A stretch of 64,000 nucleotides of DNA, taken from the NCBI GenBank assembly GCA_046290265.1, contig JBKAGF010000017.1, forward strand, positions 202 through 64,201. The letters run 5' to 3'. Both the position numbers and the translations under genes were made by a program. The DNA comes from Roseovarius sp. GTDB taxonomy: Bacteria > Pseudomonadota > Alphaproteobacteria > Rhodobacterales > Rhodobacteraceae. The notes beneath the pieces were generated by a model that was not told where the DNA came from, ran no database searches, and saw only the letters and a program-made list of their open reading frames with translations. Below are positions 21,116-31,538 of this stretch, piece by piece. Within the stretch, counting starts at the first letter, position 1; every line of letters starts with the position of its first letter.

Positions 21116-21586
21116 ATGCAACGACGCGAATTCATTCTGTCCGCGCTGTCAGGCGGAACCATTCTGGCCGCATTGCCCAGCCATGCGGCGACCGGATCGT
21201 TCGCGGTGACGCGGACCGAGGAAGAATGGCGCGCGATGCTGTCGGAACTTGAATATGCGGTGATGCGCGAGGAGGCGAAGGAGCGCGCTTTCAGCTCGCC
21301 ACTGCACAAGCTTTACGCGCCGGGGACGTATCATTGCCGCGGTTGCGACCTGCCGCTTTATGCCTCGGACACCAAGTATGACAGCAAGACCGGCTGGCCC
21401 AGTTTCTGGAAGGCAATGGTCAATGCCATCGGAACCAAGCCGGATCACGCGTTGTTCGCCACGCGCACGGAATGCCATTGCCGCCGCTGTGGCAGTCACC
21501 TGGGACATATCTTCGACGATGGTCCACAGCCCACGGGCAAGCGTCATTGCCTGAACGGTGTCAGCCTTACCTTCCGAGAGGCCTGA
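21116..21586 (+). CDS. msrB: Tat-exported methionine-R-sulfoxide reductase
   Basis: RREF Tat motif, CRGC/CRRC zinc motifs, SKTGWPSF, HLGHIFDDGP, RHCLNG. Confidence 0.95.
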   Translation: MQRREFILSALSGGTILAALPSHAATGSFAVTRTEEEWRAMLSELEYAVMREEAKERAFSSPLHKLYAPGTYHCRGCDLPLYASDTKYDSKTGWPSFWKAMVNAIGTKPDHALFATRTECHCRRCGSHLGHIFDDGPQPTGKRHCLNGVSLTFREA

Positions 21587-21667
21587 GTTATCCGGGCCCG
21601 ATTGCGCGCCGGGCGGTTTCAGGGCCCGGATCCTTACGAGTGACCCGGCGCGCTTCTTTTCTTGCAG

Positions 21668-22291
21668 TTACTTGAAATTGCGGCTCTGCTTGATCTGGTC
21701 CCACGCCCAGACAACCTGTTGCAATTGTTCTTCCTGGCTGCGGTCGCCGCCGTTGATGTCGGGATGCAGGACCTTGATGAGGGCCTTGTACGCCTTGCGG
21801 ATATCGGCCTTGGAGGCATGCTCGCTGGCCTCGAGGATCTCGATGGCGCGGCGTTCGGTCGGGGGCAGCTTGCGCTGGCCGCCGCGGTTCTTGCCGGGGT
21901 TCTGCGTGGCATTTCCGCCCAATACCTGGTGCGGGTCCTCGATGCCCAGCCGGGCCCAGGCGCGCGCCTCGGGGTCGTTGAACGCCTTGGTCTTGCGTTC
22001 CCACACCTTGTCTGACGACATCTGGGCGTTCATCTCGGCCTCGGTTGTGCCGTCGAAGAAGTTCCACTTCGTGTTGTACTCGCGGACGTGATCCTTGCAG
22101 AACCAGTAGAAGTCATCCAGCACGTCGGGCGCCTTGGGCGCGCGGTACTTGCCGGGCTCGTTGCAGCCCTCGTGGTCGCAAACGCGGGTGGAGGTTTCGG
22201 ATGCGCCGGACATGCCCCGCCGCCCGCGCGGGTTCTTCTTTTTCGCGGACGATACGGACATGTCGAAACCAAACGGATCGGATTTAGCCAT
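21668..22291 (-). CDS. DnaJ-domain protein (C-terminal J domain)
   Basis: LHPDING J motif; FC..HVREYN..WNFF; usual cobS neighbour. Confidence 0.9.
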   Translation of the reverse strand: MAKSDPFGFDMSVSSAKKKNPRGRRGMSGASETSTRVCDHEGCNEPGKYRAPKAPDVLDDFYWFCKDHVREYNTKWNFFDGTTEAEMNAQMSSDKVWERKTKAFNDPEARAWARLGIEDPHQVLGGNATQNPGKNRGGQRKLPPTERRAIEILEASEHASKADIRKAYKALIKVLHPDINGGDRSQEEQLQQVVWAWDQIKQSRNFK

Positions 22292-22397
22292 TGGCATTCC
22301 CTTTGCGACTCGAGGCCAAGAGTTTATGTGATTGCGCGGCAAATTGAAGAGGTAAGATCGCGAAAAGTCCGAGCGTGCTGCGCTGTGCATCGCTGAC

Positions 22398-22802
22398 TCA
22401 TTCGCGCGGTTTGTCCGGATCTTCGGGCGTCTCGTCGTCGCTTTCTTCGGCGGCATCGCCGGTATCTCGGGATGGCGAGATTTCTTCAGCTTCGGCCGCA
22501 GTTTCCAGGTGCTCTGCCTCGTGGTCGTCCCACGGCAGTGGCGGCGGGCTGTCGACCCCTTCCAGTTCCAGCGGGCGGCGAAAGACCAGCATGCTGCGAT
22601 AGACGGTTTGAGACGATGTGAGGCCCTGGCGTTCCTCGCTTGGGAGGATGTCGGCGCGCAGATATTCCCAGCCTTCAAGAGCCAGTTCGTTGATCACTGT
22701 CTCGAGGCCATGGGCAAACCGGCCTTCCGCGCCCTTCACGCCCGGACCCTTGCGGCCCTTGGACGGGGCAGGAATGACCTTGTACTCGTATTTCTGGATC
22801 AC
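22398..22802 (-). CDS. DUF4177-family protein
   Basis: YEYKVIPAP, GWEYLRAD, LVFRRP. Confidence 0.82.
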   Translation of the reverse strand: MIQKYEYKVIPAPSKGRKGPGVKGAEGRFAHGLETVINELALEGWEYLRADILPSEERQGLTSSQTVYRSMLVFRRPLELEGVDSPPPLPWDDHEAEHLETAAEAEEISPSRDTGDAAEESDDETPEDPDKPRE

Positions 22803-22879
22803 TGGGGCACCTCCGAAAATTGGCAGGTCATCCTACCGTTCTCAGGCGCGGGTTCAACTCGAAACCGACGCGAAGGCGG

Positions 22880-23920
22880 TCATGCGCCGGCCCAGATTTC
22901 CTCGTAGACGCGGCCGATGGCATCGGCCTCGCGCGTGATGCTGAAATGGTCGCAGGCGATATCGCGCGCGGCGCAGGCCATTGCGGCATGACGCGCGGGA
23001 TCGGCCAGGATCGACAACAGGGCGTCTGCCGCGTCGGCCGGGTCTTCGGAGACGATCAGCCCGCTTTTTCCCTGGCTGGAAAAGCTGCGGTAATAGCCGG
23101 TGTCGGTGGCTACGAACGGCACGCCCGAGGCCATGCCCTCGAGCGGGGTCATGCCGTAGCCTTCGTAGCGGGGCAACTGGACGATGGCCGACAAGGACCG
23201 CGTGAGGGCGGGCAGGGCGTCGGGCGCGACCTCGCCGGGGAAGAGGATACGGTCGGTGAGACCGGCGGCGGCGATTTGCGCCTTGAGCGTGTCGAGGAAG
23301 GGCTGGTCGGACTTGGCGGCGCGTCCGATGACGAGGGCCGTCAGGCCGGGGTGCTGCGGCAGCAGCCGCAGCATGGCGGCGACGAAACGGTCGGTGCCTT
23401 TTTCGGGGCGGATGCGGCCGATGGTGGCCATGCCGCGGGCGCCGGGATAGCCGCTGGCGGCCCAGGCCGCGGCGCGGTCCGGGGCGGGCGTGAAACGGTC
23501 GGTGTCGACCCCGTGGGGGGCGACGGCGCGGACATTCGGGACGAAACCGGCGGCGGCCTCGGTCGTGGCGATGACGGCATCCATGCGAGAGATCAGCCAG
23601 CGGGGAAAGGCCGAGTGTCGTCGAATCGCCGCAGACGTAAAGACGATGCGGACGGGGCGGCGCAACACGTCGCGGACCCAGAGCGCCGCACGCATTTCAG
23701 GATTGCGGCGGACGTGCCAGATGGTGAAGGGGCGGCCCGGTGGCGGTGTCCGGGAAAGGGTGGCGGCCTGCGCCTTGCTGACGGGATCGGGGCAGCCGGG
23801 CAGGGGGTGGCCGGCGAGGGCGAGGTCGTATTGGTCGACCTGACAGCGCACCACGCTGGCGGTGGTCGAAGACACGCCGGTGAAGTTGCGGTTGAAGTTG
23901 GTGACGATAAGATCCGGCAC
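22880..23920 (-). CDS. GT4 glycosyltransferase, LpcC-like LPS core enzyme
   Basis: NFNRNFTGVSST, WHVRRNPEM, GRIRPEKGTD, EGYGMTPLEGMASG. Confidence 0.88.
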   Translation of the reverse strand: MPDLIVTNFNRNFTGVSSTTASVVRCQVDQYDLALAGHPLPGCPDPVSKAQAATLSRTPPPGRPFTIWHVRRNPEMRAALWVRDVLRRPVRIVFTSAAIRRHSAFPRWLISRMDAVIATTEAAAGFVPNVRAVAPHGVDTDRFTPAPDRAAAWAASGYPGARGMATIGRIRPEKGTDRFVAAMLRLLPQHPGLTALVIGRAAKSDQPFLDTLKAQIAAAGLTDRILFPGEVAPDALPALTRSLSAIVQLPRYEGYGMTPLEGMASGVPFVATDTGYYRSFSSQGKSGLIVSEDPADAADALLSILADPARHAAMACAARDIACDHFSITREADAIGRVYEEIWAGA

Positions 23921-23954
23921 GAAGGGCGGCTTTCCTGAAGGCTCGGGAGCGGTG

Positions 23955-25241
23955 CTAGCGCAGGCCAAGCGCCTTGGAAAGGGTGTTGGCGAATTCCCCC
24001 AGCACGTCGGCCTGTTCGGCGGCGAAGGCGCGGGTGCGGTCGCGCAGGGCGTCCAGCGCGGCGGGATCATCGAGATAGGTGGTGAGCTTGGCGCTAAGGT
24101 CATCCGCATCGGCGACCTCGACGCAGGCGTTCTCGGCCTGCATCTGGGCGTAGGCCTCGGCGAAGTTGGCGTAGCGGGGCCCATGCAGTACGGCGGATCC
24201 GGCATGGGCGGGCTCGAACGGGTTGTGGCCGCCCACATCGGTGAAGCTGCCGCAGACGCAAGTGAGCGGGCTGAGCGCATACCACAGGCCCATCTCGCCC
24301 AGCGTGTCGGCAAGGTAGACGCGGGTCTGCCCGGATATGGTCATGCCGGTGGAGCGGCGGGCGCCCTCGAACCGGTGTTCGGCGATCAGGCGTTCGATAT
24401 CGTGGGCGCGTTCGGGGTGGCGCGGCACGAGGATCAGGAGGGCGTCGGCATTGCCGCCGGTCATGGCGAGGTGGGCCTTGAGCACCACCTCGTCCTCGCC
24501 CGGATGGGTGGAGGCGGCGAGCCAGACCGGGCGGCCGGCGATGAGGGTCTGCATCCGGTGCAGCTCGTCCCGATCAAAGGGGAGCGGGCCGGCGACGGAT
24601 TTGAGGTTGAGGCCCGGTTCGGCCTGCGCAAGGCCGAGGTCGCGGAGGTGCTGCGCCGTGCGGTCATCCTGACAATGGATCACGCGGAAATGGTCCATGA
24701 GATGCCGCGCGGTGCGGGGGAACCGCTTCCAGTTGCGGGCGGATGTGTCGGAGATACGCGCGTTGACCAGTGCCAGCGGGACGCCCGCGGCATGGGTGAG
24801 ACGCAGCATCTGGGGCCAAAGTTCGCTTTCCACGAAAACCGCCGCAGAGGGTCGCCAATGGTCGAGAAAGCGCCGGACCACGCCGCGCGAATCGAGCGGG
24901 GCGAACTGGTGCACGGTGCGCGGTGGCAGGCGCTTGGCCACGATCTGTGCCGAAGTGGCGGTGCCGGACGTGATCAGGAACGACAGGTCCGGATGCGTCT
25001 GGCCCAGATGCTCGATCAGGCGCAGGATCGACAGGCTTTCGCCAACCGAGGCGGCGTGGAACCACATGAGGTCGCCGCCGGGGCGCGGGGCGGTGGCATG
25101 CCCCTGCCGTTCGGGGAGGCGGTTCGCCGGAATGCCCTGCCGGGCAAGGTTCTCGGATACGCGTTTGAAGGCGAGGCGCTCAAGCAGGTTTGCCGCCACG
25201 CCATAAAGACGCACGGGCAGAGGCGCCGGATTGCGGGACAT
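23955..25241 (-). CDS. waaA: Kdo transferase
   Basis: WFHAASVGE, VESELWP, AASTHPGE, LVPRHPER, GGHNPFEP. Confidence 0.96.
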   Translation of the reverse strand: MSRNPAPLPVRLYGVAANLLERLAFKRVSENLARQGIPANRLPERQGHATAPRPGGDLMWFHAASVGESLSILRLIEHLGQTHPDLSFLITSGTATSAQIVAKRLPPRTVHQFAPLDSRGVVRRFLDHWRPSAAVFVESELWPQMLRLTHAAGVPLALVNARISDTSARNWKRFPRTARHLMDHFRVIHCQDDRTAQHLRDLGLAQAEPGLNLKSVAGPLPFDRDELHRMQTLIAGRPVWLAASTHPGEDEVVLKAHLAMTGGNADALLILVPRHPERAHDIERLIAEHRFEGARRSTGMTISGQTRVYLADTLGEMGLWYALSPLTCVCGSFTDVGGHNPFEPAHAGSAVLHGPRYANFAEAYAQMQAENACVEVADADDLSAKLTTYLDDPAALDALRDRTRAFAAEQADVLGEFANTLSKALGLR

Positions 25242-26248
25242 CAGCCGCCGGTATGGCTCATGTGGCGCGATACGCGCCCATCGACCGTCTGGCGGGAATA
25301 GTCGAAATCGTGCCCCTTGGGCTTGCGGGTGATGGCTTCGCGGATGGCGGCCTCGAGCGGGGCATCGTCGTTCGGCGCATTGCGCATCGGTGCGCGCAGA
25401 TCGGCCATGTCTTCCTGGCCCAGGCACATGTACAGCTCGCCGGTGCAGGTCAGGCGCACGCGGTTGCAGCTTTCGCAGAAATTATGCGTAAGCGGCGTGA
25501 TGAAGCCGATCTTCTGGCCGGTTTCTTCCAGCCGCACGTAACGGGCCGGGCCGCCGGTGCGTTCGGTCAGTTCTGTCAGAGTGAATTCCTCGGCCAGGGT
25601 GCGGCGCAGGTCGGAGAGTTTCCAATACTGGTCGAGCCGGTCCTCGTTGCCGATATCGCCCATCGGCATGACCTCGATGAAGGTGAGGTCCATGTCGCGG
25701 GATTTGCACCATTCGACGATGTCGAAAAGCTCGTCCTCGTTGAAGCCCTTGAGGGCGACGACGTTGATCTTGATCCGAAGGCCGGCGGCCTGTGCCGCGT
25801 CGATTCCCTTGAGCACCTGGGGCAAGCGGCCCCAGCGGGTGATGTCGGCGAATTTCTTCTCATCGAGCGTGTCGAGCGACACGTTCACCCGGCGCACGCC
25901 GGCGGCATGGAGATCCTGGCTGAACCGGGCCAGCTGCGAGCCGTTGGTGGTGAGCGTCAGCTCCTTCAGGTCGCCGCTGTCCAGATGGCGCGTCATGGCG
26001 TTGAAGAAATGCATGATGTTGCGCCGCACCAGCGGTTCGCCGCCGGTGATCCGCAGCTTTTCCACGCCCATGCGCACGAAGGTGCTGCACATGCGGTCCA
26101 GCTCTTCCAGAGTCAGAAGATCCTTCTTTGGCAGGAAGGTCATGTTCTCTGACATGCAGTAGACGCAGCGAAAATCGCATCTGTCCGTGACAGAGACACG
26201 CAGATAGGAGATCGCGCGCTGGAAAGGGTCTATAAGTGGTGCGGTCAT
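25241..26248 (-). CDS. moaA: GTP 3',8-cyclase
   Basis: [35 protein letters not shown]. Confidence 0.98.
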   Translation of the reverse strand: MTAPLIDPFQRAISYLRVSVTDRCDFRCVYCMSENMTFLPKKDLLTLEELDRMCSTFVRMGVEKLRITGGEPLVRRNIMHFFNAMTRHLDSGDLKELTLTTNGSQLARFSQDLHAAGVRRVNVSLDTLDEKKFADITRWGRLPQVLKGIDAAQAAGLRIKINVVALKGFNEDELFDIVEWCKSRDMDLTFIEVMPMGDIGNEDRLDQYWKLSDLRRTLAEEFTLTELTERTGGPARYVRLEETGQKIGFITPLTHNFCESCNRVRLTCTGELYMCLGQEDMADLRAPMRNAPNDDAPLEAAIREAITRKPKGHDFDYSRQTVDGRVSRHMSHTGG

Positions 26249-26328
26249 GGCCCAGAACGTATGCAAACCGCCGATCATCGGCAAGGGGCATCTTGGCGAT
26301 TGATGCCGCAGCCCGGCGGCCATAAGGT

Positions 26329-26832
26329 GTGCGTATGAAACGTTTTGTTTGCCTCATCGCCTGTACGCTGGGCCTATCCGCCTGTGACATGTTGCCGACC
26401 ATGCAGCAGGAAGCACCGCCTCCCGATCCCGCGCCGCAAGGCACGGACGCGGCGACGGATGCGCAGCCTGCGGGCATTGCGCCGCCCGCCAATGCCCGGA
26501 CCGCGGACGAGTTCGACACCACGACCGATGCCGAACGCGCGGCCGCGGTCGAGGCGGCGCAGGGCGGCAGCGGGGACAGGGATCTGGGCACCACGGTCGC
26601 CTCGCTGGGAGCTGCCGCGGAACCGGGCTTCTGGATGAAGACACCGCTGGTGGACGCCCCCGGCAAGGGCCGGGTGGAATACCCCGCCAAAGGCACCAGC
26701 GTTGCCGTCGATCTGATTCCGATCGAGGGCGATCCCGGGTCGGGCAGCCAGATGTCACTGGCGGCGATGCGGCTGCTGGAAGCGGACCTGACGGGGCTGC
26801 CCGAAGTGCGGGTTTTCGCGACAGGCGGCTGA
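26329..26832 (+). CDS. Conserved hypothetical lipoprotein
   Basis: Lipobox LSAC, Pro/Ala linker, [17 protein letters not shown] domain. Confidence 0.8.
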   Translation: MRMKRFVCLIACTLGLSACDMLPTMQQEAPPPDPAPQGTDAATDAQPAGIAPPANARTADEFDTTTDAERAAAVEAAQGGSGDRDLGTTVASLGAAAEPGFWMKTPLVDAPGKGRVEYPAKGTSVAVDLIPIEGDPGSGSQMSLAAMRLLEADLTGLPEVRVFATGG

Positions 26833-26834
26833 AG

Positions 26835-27509
26835 TTACAGGAACTTCTCGGCTTCCTTGCGGGCAAACGGCTTCATGTGACGGCCGTTTTCGGCCATGAA
26901 GGCGCGGACGCGGTCCGGGTCATGCTTGGACAGGTCGCGCAGCCACCAGGCGACGGATTTCTGGATGAACCACTCGGTGTCCTGCACGTAACCAGCGGCC
27001 CAGCCGAGCACACGCTCGCGCGCCGCGGCCTCGGTCGGTTTGAGGTTGTTGATCTTGGCAAGAGGCAGGGTCACGACCATCGCGGCCCGTCGGATCCAGT
27101 GGCTTTCGAACTTGGTCCACTGCTCGACCTCGTCCATCCGCGAAAGGTCGGCCATCAGCCGTTTCTGACCGGCCGTCATGGCGTGGTCGGCAATGGCCCA
27201 GCTGTCGAGATCGGGCAGCCAGGACGTGATCAGCGCCCAGACCGCCTGGTCGGGCGCGATCCGGGCCTGGGTCAGCAGCTTGGCGGCGGCGAGGCGGGCC
27301 TCGAAGATGTTCGTTTGCCAGAGCGCATCGGCCAGCGCGACACGGTCCTCGACGCTCAGGATGCGGCGCCATTCGGTCGTCAGGTCGTTGATGGCTGGGT
27401 TGGGGACGCCGAGATAGTCGCGTGGCACCTTGTGATAGTCGGCCATGCCGGTGGCGCGGCCCTCTTCGGCATGGGCGCGAAGGTGGTCGAGGGCGATTTC
27501 CGGGGTCAT
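26835..27509 (-). CDS. DNA alkylation repair protein (AlkD-like HEAT repeat)
   Basis: YLGV, W.....E.R, LDSWAIAD, WIRRAA, EWFIQKSVAWWLRDLSK. Confidence 0.88.
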   Translation of the reverse strand: MTPEIALDHLRAHAEEGRATGMADYHKVPRDYLGVPNPAINDLTTEWRRILSVEDRVALADALWQTNIFEARLAAAKLLTQARIAPDQAVWALITSWLPDLDSWAIADHAMTAGQKRLMADLSRMDEVEQWTKFESHWIRRAAMVVTLPLAKINNLKPTEAAARERVLGWAAGYVQDTEWFIQKSVAWWLRDLSKHDPDRVRAFMAENGRHMKPFARKEAEKFL

Positions 27510-28198
27510 GGGCGCAGGCCTTTCAGAAAGTCGATATAGGCTTGTCCCGCGGCGGTGCCGGAGCAGGATTTGGCAGCCTCGTCAAAAAGGCGCGACACCT
27601 GGTCTGCGGGCATCGGCGACAGGGTGGCGCCCGCGTCGATCAGCATCGCGCCGCCCTCGGAGTTACAGATGCCGAAGACCGTCTCGAACAGCGGCGTGCG
27701 CCTGTATGTGTTCAGGCCGTTCGGGTCAGCGCCATGTTTCAGCAGGATGGCCATGAGTTGATTGTCCCCGCCGCCGGCCGCCTTGGACAAGGCGAGGTCG
27801 CCATTGGAGTCGGGTTGTGAAAAGTCCGCGCCATGCGCCCCCAGAATGTCGGTCATGCGCAGGAAATCGGGGTCTTCGCGATCCTGCGCGAAATTGATCG
27901 CGTCGACGAAGGCGGGCGAGCCGTACCTGTCGGCGGTGTCGGGATCCGCCCCGGCCTGCAGCATCAGTTCCACGGCATCGGGATGGGACGTGGTGACCAC
28001 GATCTCCCGGAACGGCACGCGACCATCGGGCAGCGGGGCCGAAAAATCGAAACCCGCGTCGGCACAGGCCTGGATCGCGGATACCGGCGAGCCCGCGCCG
28101 AACCCCAGAACGCGGTCGGGGTCCGTCTGCAGCGGGCAGGCCAGGGCGGCCGGGGCGAACAGCAGCAGGGCGGCCAGGGTGCCTGGAAGGTGGCGCAC
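27506..28198 (-). CDS. Secreted ankyrin-repeat protein
   Basis: GGAGG RBS and GTG; signal peptide; GADPDTAD..G.PA, LLKHGADPN..TPL repeats. Confidence 0.8.
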   Translation of the reverse strand: MRHLPGTLAALLLFAPAALACPLQTDPDRVLGFGAGSPVSAIQACADAGFDFSAPLPDGRVPFREIVVTTSHPDAVELMLQAGADPDTADRYGSPAFVDAINFAQDREDPDFLRMTDILGAHGADFSQPDSNGDLALSKAAGGGDNQLMAILLKHGADPNGLNTYRRTPLFETVFGICNSEGGAMLIDAGATLSPMPADQVSRLFDEAAKSCSGTAAGQAYIDFLKGLRP

Positions 28199-28212
28199 GT
28201 GCGAAAGCCTCC

Positions 28213-30036
28213 TTATTCGACGGTGACGGATTTCGCCAGGTTCCGCGGCTGATCCACATCCGTGCCCTTGGCGACGGCCGTATGATAGGCCAACAGCTGT
28301 GCGGGAATGGCATAGAGGATGGGCGACAGGACCGGATCGACCTGCGGCACGACGAGGGTCATCCAAGTGTTCTCGGCCGCGGCCTGCGCGCCGGCATTGT
28401 CGGTGACCAGCATTACCTTGCCGCCGCGAGCCATGACCTCCTGCATGTTGGACACGGTCTTGTCGAAAAGCCCGTCGCGCGGGGCCATGACGATGACCGG
28501 CATCTTTTCGTCGATCAGCGCGATGGGGCCGTGCTTCAATTCGCCCGAGGCATAGGCCTCGGCATGGATATAGCTGATTTCCTTGAGTTTCAGCGCGCCT
28601 TCCAGTGCAAGGGGATACATCACGCCGCGTCCCAGAAAGAGCGCGTTGTCGGCGGTCGAGAGCCGGTTAGCCGCCTTGCGGAATTCCTCGTTCAGTTCCA
28701 GCGTGTTGTTGATGGTCGAGGGCAGGTGACGAAGGTGCGACAGCAGGTCGGACAGACGTGCGGGATCCAGCGTTCCGCGATCCGCAGCGGCCTTGAGCGC
28801 CATCACCAGAAGGACGGTCAGCTGACAGGTGAAGGCCTTGGTCGAGGCGACGCCGATCTCGGCCCCGGCATGGATCGGCAGGGCAAGATCGCTTTCGCGT
28901 GCGATCGAGCTTTCGGGGACGTTGATGATCGACAGGATCTTGTCGGCGCGCCCCTCGCAGAAGCGCAGGGCGGCAAGCGTGTCTGCCGTTTCGCCCGACT
29001 GGCTGACGAAGATGGCGGCGGTGCGGCCGGGGATCGGGGGTTCGCGATAGCGGAACTCGGACGCGATATCGACGTCAACGGGCAATCCGGCCAGTTGTTC
29101 GAACCAGTATTTCGCGGTCAGGCAGGCGTAATAGGCCGTCCCGCAGGCCACCATCGTCAGGCGGTCGTACCGGGTGAAATCCAGCTCCGGCTGGGACAGG
29201 GCAAGACCGTTGCCGGTGTCGGACAGGTAATGGCGCAGGGTGTCGCCGATCACGCTGGGCTGTTCGGCGATCTCCTTGGCCATGAAGTGCTTGTGCCCGC
29301 CCTTGTCGACATGGGTGCTGTCGATCGCGATAGTGCGGACGGCGCGGTTGGCGCGGTTGCCATGGGCGTCGATGATATCGAGCGTGGTGCGGGTGAGGAC
29401 GGCGATGTCGCCCTCTTCCAGATAGGTGATCCGGTCGGTCAGGGGGGCAAGCGCGATGGCGTCGGAGCCGACATACATCTCGCCGTCGCCATGGCCGATG
29501 GCCAGCGGACTGCCCTTGCGGGCGGCGACGATCAGGTCATCCTCGCCGTCGAACAGGAAACCCAGCGCATAGGCGCCCTCGAGCCGGGCAATGGCGGCCT
29601 TGGCGGCCTCGACGGGGCTGTGGCCCTGCTGGATCAGGTGGTGGACCAGCATCGCCACGGTTTCGGTATCGGTGTCGGTTTCGTGGGCCAGCCCGGCGGC
29701 AGCCAGTTCGCTGCGCAGCTCGCGGAAATTCTCGATGATGCCATTATGCACCACGGCCACGGGCCCGGCCTTGTGCGGGTGGGCGTTGACGGTATTGGGC
29801 GCGCCATGGGTGGCCCAGCGGGTGTGGCCGATGCCGGACTTGCCGCGCAAAGGGTCGTGCACCAGCAGGTCCGACAGGTTCACCAGCTTGCCGACCGCGC
29901 GGCGGCGGTCGAGCCGGCTGTCATTGATCGTGGCGATGCCGGCACTGTCATAGCCGCGATATTCGAGGCGTTTCAGGGCCTCGACAAGGATGGGCGCGGC
30001 TTCGTGCTTGCCGAGGACCCCTACAATTCCACACAT
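28213..30036 (-). CDS. glmS: Glucosamine-6-phosphate synthase
   Basis: MCGIVG, LEYRGYDSAG, GHTRWATHG, SQSGETADT, PRNLAKSVTVE. Confidence 0.99.
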   Translation of the reverse strand: MCGIVGVLGKHEAAPILVEALKRLEYRGYDSAGIATINDSRLDRRRAVGKLVNLSDLLVHDPLRGKSGIGHTRWATHGAPNTVNAHPHKAGPVAVVHNGIIENFRELRSELAAAGLAHETDTDTETVAMLVHHLIQQGHSPVEAAKAAIARLEGAYALGFLFDGEDDLIVAARKGSPLAIGHGDGEMYVGSDAIALAPLTDRITYLEEGDIAVLTRTTLDIIDAHGNRANRAVRTIAIDSTHVDKGGHKHFMAKEIAEQPSVIGDTLRHYLSDTGNGLALSQPELDFTRYDRLTMVACGTAYYACLTAKYWFEQLAGLPVDVDIASEFRYREPPIPGRTAAIFVSQSGETADTLAALRFCEGRADKILSIINVPESSIARESDLALPIHAGAEIGVASTKAFTCQLTVLLVMALKAAADRGTLDPARLSDLLSHLRHLPSTINNTLELNEEFRKAANRLSTADNALFLGRGVMYPLALEGALKLKEISYIHAEAYASGELKHGPIALIDEKMPVIVMAPRDGLFDKTVSNMQEVMARGGKVMLVTDNAGAQAAAENTWMTLVVPQVDPVLSPILYAIPAQLLAYHTAVAKGTDVDQPRNLAKSVTVE

Positions 30037-31391
30037 TATCCTGCCTCTTTCGCTTGCTTGGCCCGTCTGGATTTTAGCATTTCGAACAATTTGCGCGCCA
30101 TGCCCGGCTTGTTGGCCTGCGGGCTGCGGGCGATGGCGAGCGCGCCTTCGGGCACGTCGCTGGTGATGACCGAGCCGGAGCCGGTCATCGACTCGTCGCC
30201 CAGCTTGACCGGGGCGACCAGCATGGTGTTGGAGCCGACGAAGACCCGGGCGCCGATCTCGGTGCGGTGCTTCATCACGCCATCGTAGTTGCAGGTGATG
30301 GTGCCCGCGCCGATATTGCTGGCCTCGCCCACCGAGGCGTCGCCGATATAGCTGAGGTGGTTGACCTTGGCGCCTTCGCCGATGAGGGCGTTCTTGACCT
30401 CGACGAAATTGCCGATGCGGGTGTCCTCGGCCAGTTCCGCGCCGGGGCGCAGGCGGGCATAGGGGCCGACCACCGCGCCGCGCGAGACGTGGCAGCCTTC
30501 GAGATGCGAGAATGCCCTGATATGCGCACCGGATTCGACGGTGACGCCGGGGCCGAAGACCACGTTGGGCTCCACGATGGTGTCGCGGCCCAGCACGGTG
30601 TCATAGGCGAAATGGACGGTCTCGGGGGCCGTCAGCGTGACGCCGTCGTCAAGCGCCGTGGCGCGGGCGCGGGCCTGGAAGGCGGCCTCGGCCGCGGCCA
30701 GCTCGGCGCGGGAGTTGATGCCCATCGTCTCGGCCTCGTCACAGGCGATGGCGGTGGCCGAAAGGCCCCGGTCGCGGGCGATGGCGACGATGTCGGTCAG
30801 GTAGTATTCGCCCGCCGCGTTGTCGTTGGTGACGGCGCGGATAAGATCGAAGAGCACCGGGGCGGAAGCGGCGATGACGCCGGAATTGCAGAAGGTGATG
30901 GCGCGGGTCGCCTCGTCCGCGTCCTTGAATTCGACAATCTTTTCAAGCGCGTCGCCGGACATCACCAGTCGGCCATAGCGGCCGGGATCGGCGGCTTTGA
31001 AGCCCAGCACGACAATGTCATGCTGCGCCCGGGCCTTGACCATGCGGCCGAGCGTGTCCTCGGAGATGAAGGGTGTATCGCCGTAGAGCACGATGGCGTC
31101 GCCTGCGTAATCTGCAAGCAGGGGTTCGGCCTGGGCCACGGCGTGGCCGGTGCCGTCCTGCGTGGCCTGGTGGGCGGTCAGGATGTCGGGGTCGTGGTCC
31201 TGCGCCGCTGCCGCGACCGCCTGGGACCCGTGGCCGGTGACCACGACCGTGCGGTCTGGCGATAGCGCCGATCCGGCCCGCAGGGCATGGACCAGCATCG
31301 GCGCGCCGGCGATCTGGTGCAGCACCTTTGGCAGGTCGGAATTCATGCGGGTGCCCTGGCCTGCGGCCAGGACGATCAGGCTGATGCTCAT
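30036..31391 (-). CDS. glmU: Bifunctional GlmU
   Basis: LAAGQGTRMNSDLPKVLH, EYYLTD, hexapeptide repeats, GAGTITCNYDG. Confidence 0.98.
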   Translation of the reverse strand: MSISLIVLAAGQGTRMNSDLPKVLHQIAGAPMLVHALRAGSALSPDRTVVVTGHGSQAVAAAAQDHDPDILTAHQATQDGTGHAVAQAEPLLADYAGDAIVLYGDTPFISEDTLGRMVKARAQHDIVVLGFKAADPGRYGRLVMSGDALEKIVEFKDADEATRAITFCNSGVIAASAPVLFDLIRAVTNDNAAGEYYLTDIVAIARDRGLSATAIACDEAETMGINSRAELAAAEAAFQARARATALDDGVTLTAPETVHFAYDTVLGRDTIVEPNVVFGPGVTVESGAHIRAFSHLEGCHVSRGAVVGPYARLRPGAELAEDTRIGNFVEVKNALIGEGAKVNHLSYIGDASVGEASNIGAGTITCNYDGVMKHRTEIGARVFVGSNTMLVAPVKLGDESMTGSGSVITSDVPEGALAIARSPQANKPGMARKLFEMLKSRRAKQAKEAG

Positions 31392-31538
31392 AGGGTTTCT
31401 CTTTCCTTCCTGACGTGCTCGTTTTATCCGGTTGCGCAAGCCGTGCAAGGCTGGGCCGTATCAAAGATGATTGCGGGATGTGACAGGCACGCGCGGAAAT
31501 GTGCCAACCGTTGCAGGATGACAAGAGGGGCAGGTGAC

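Noticed and set aside
22292-22397. Missing bolA near the DnaJ-domain gene and missing cobT near cobS
   Set aside because: No remnant is visible and both could lie elsewhere in the genome; this cannot be judged from one window.
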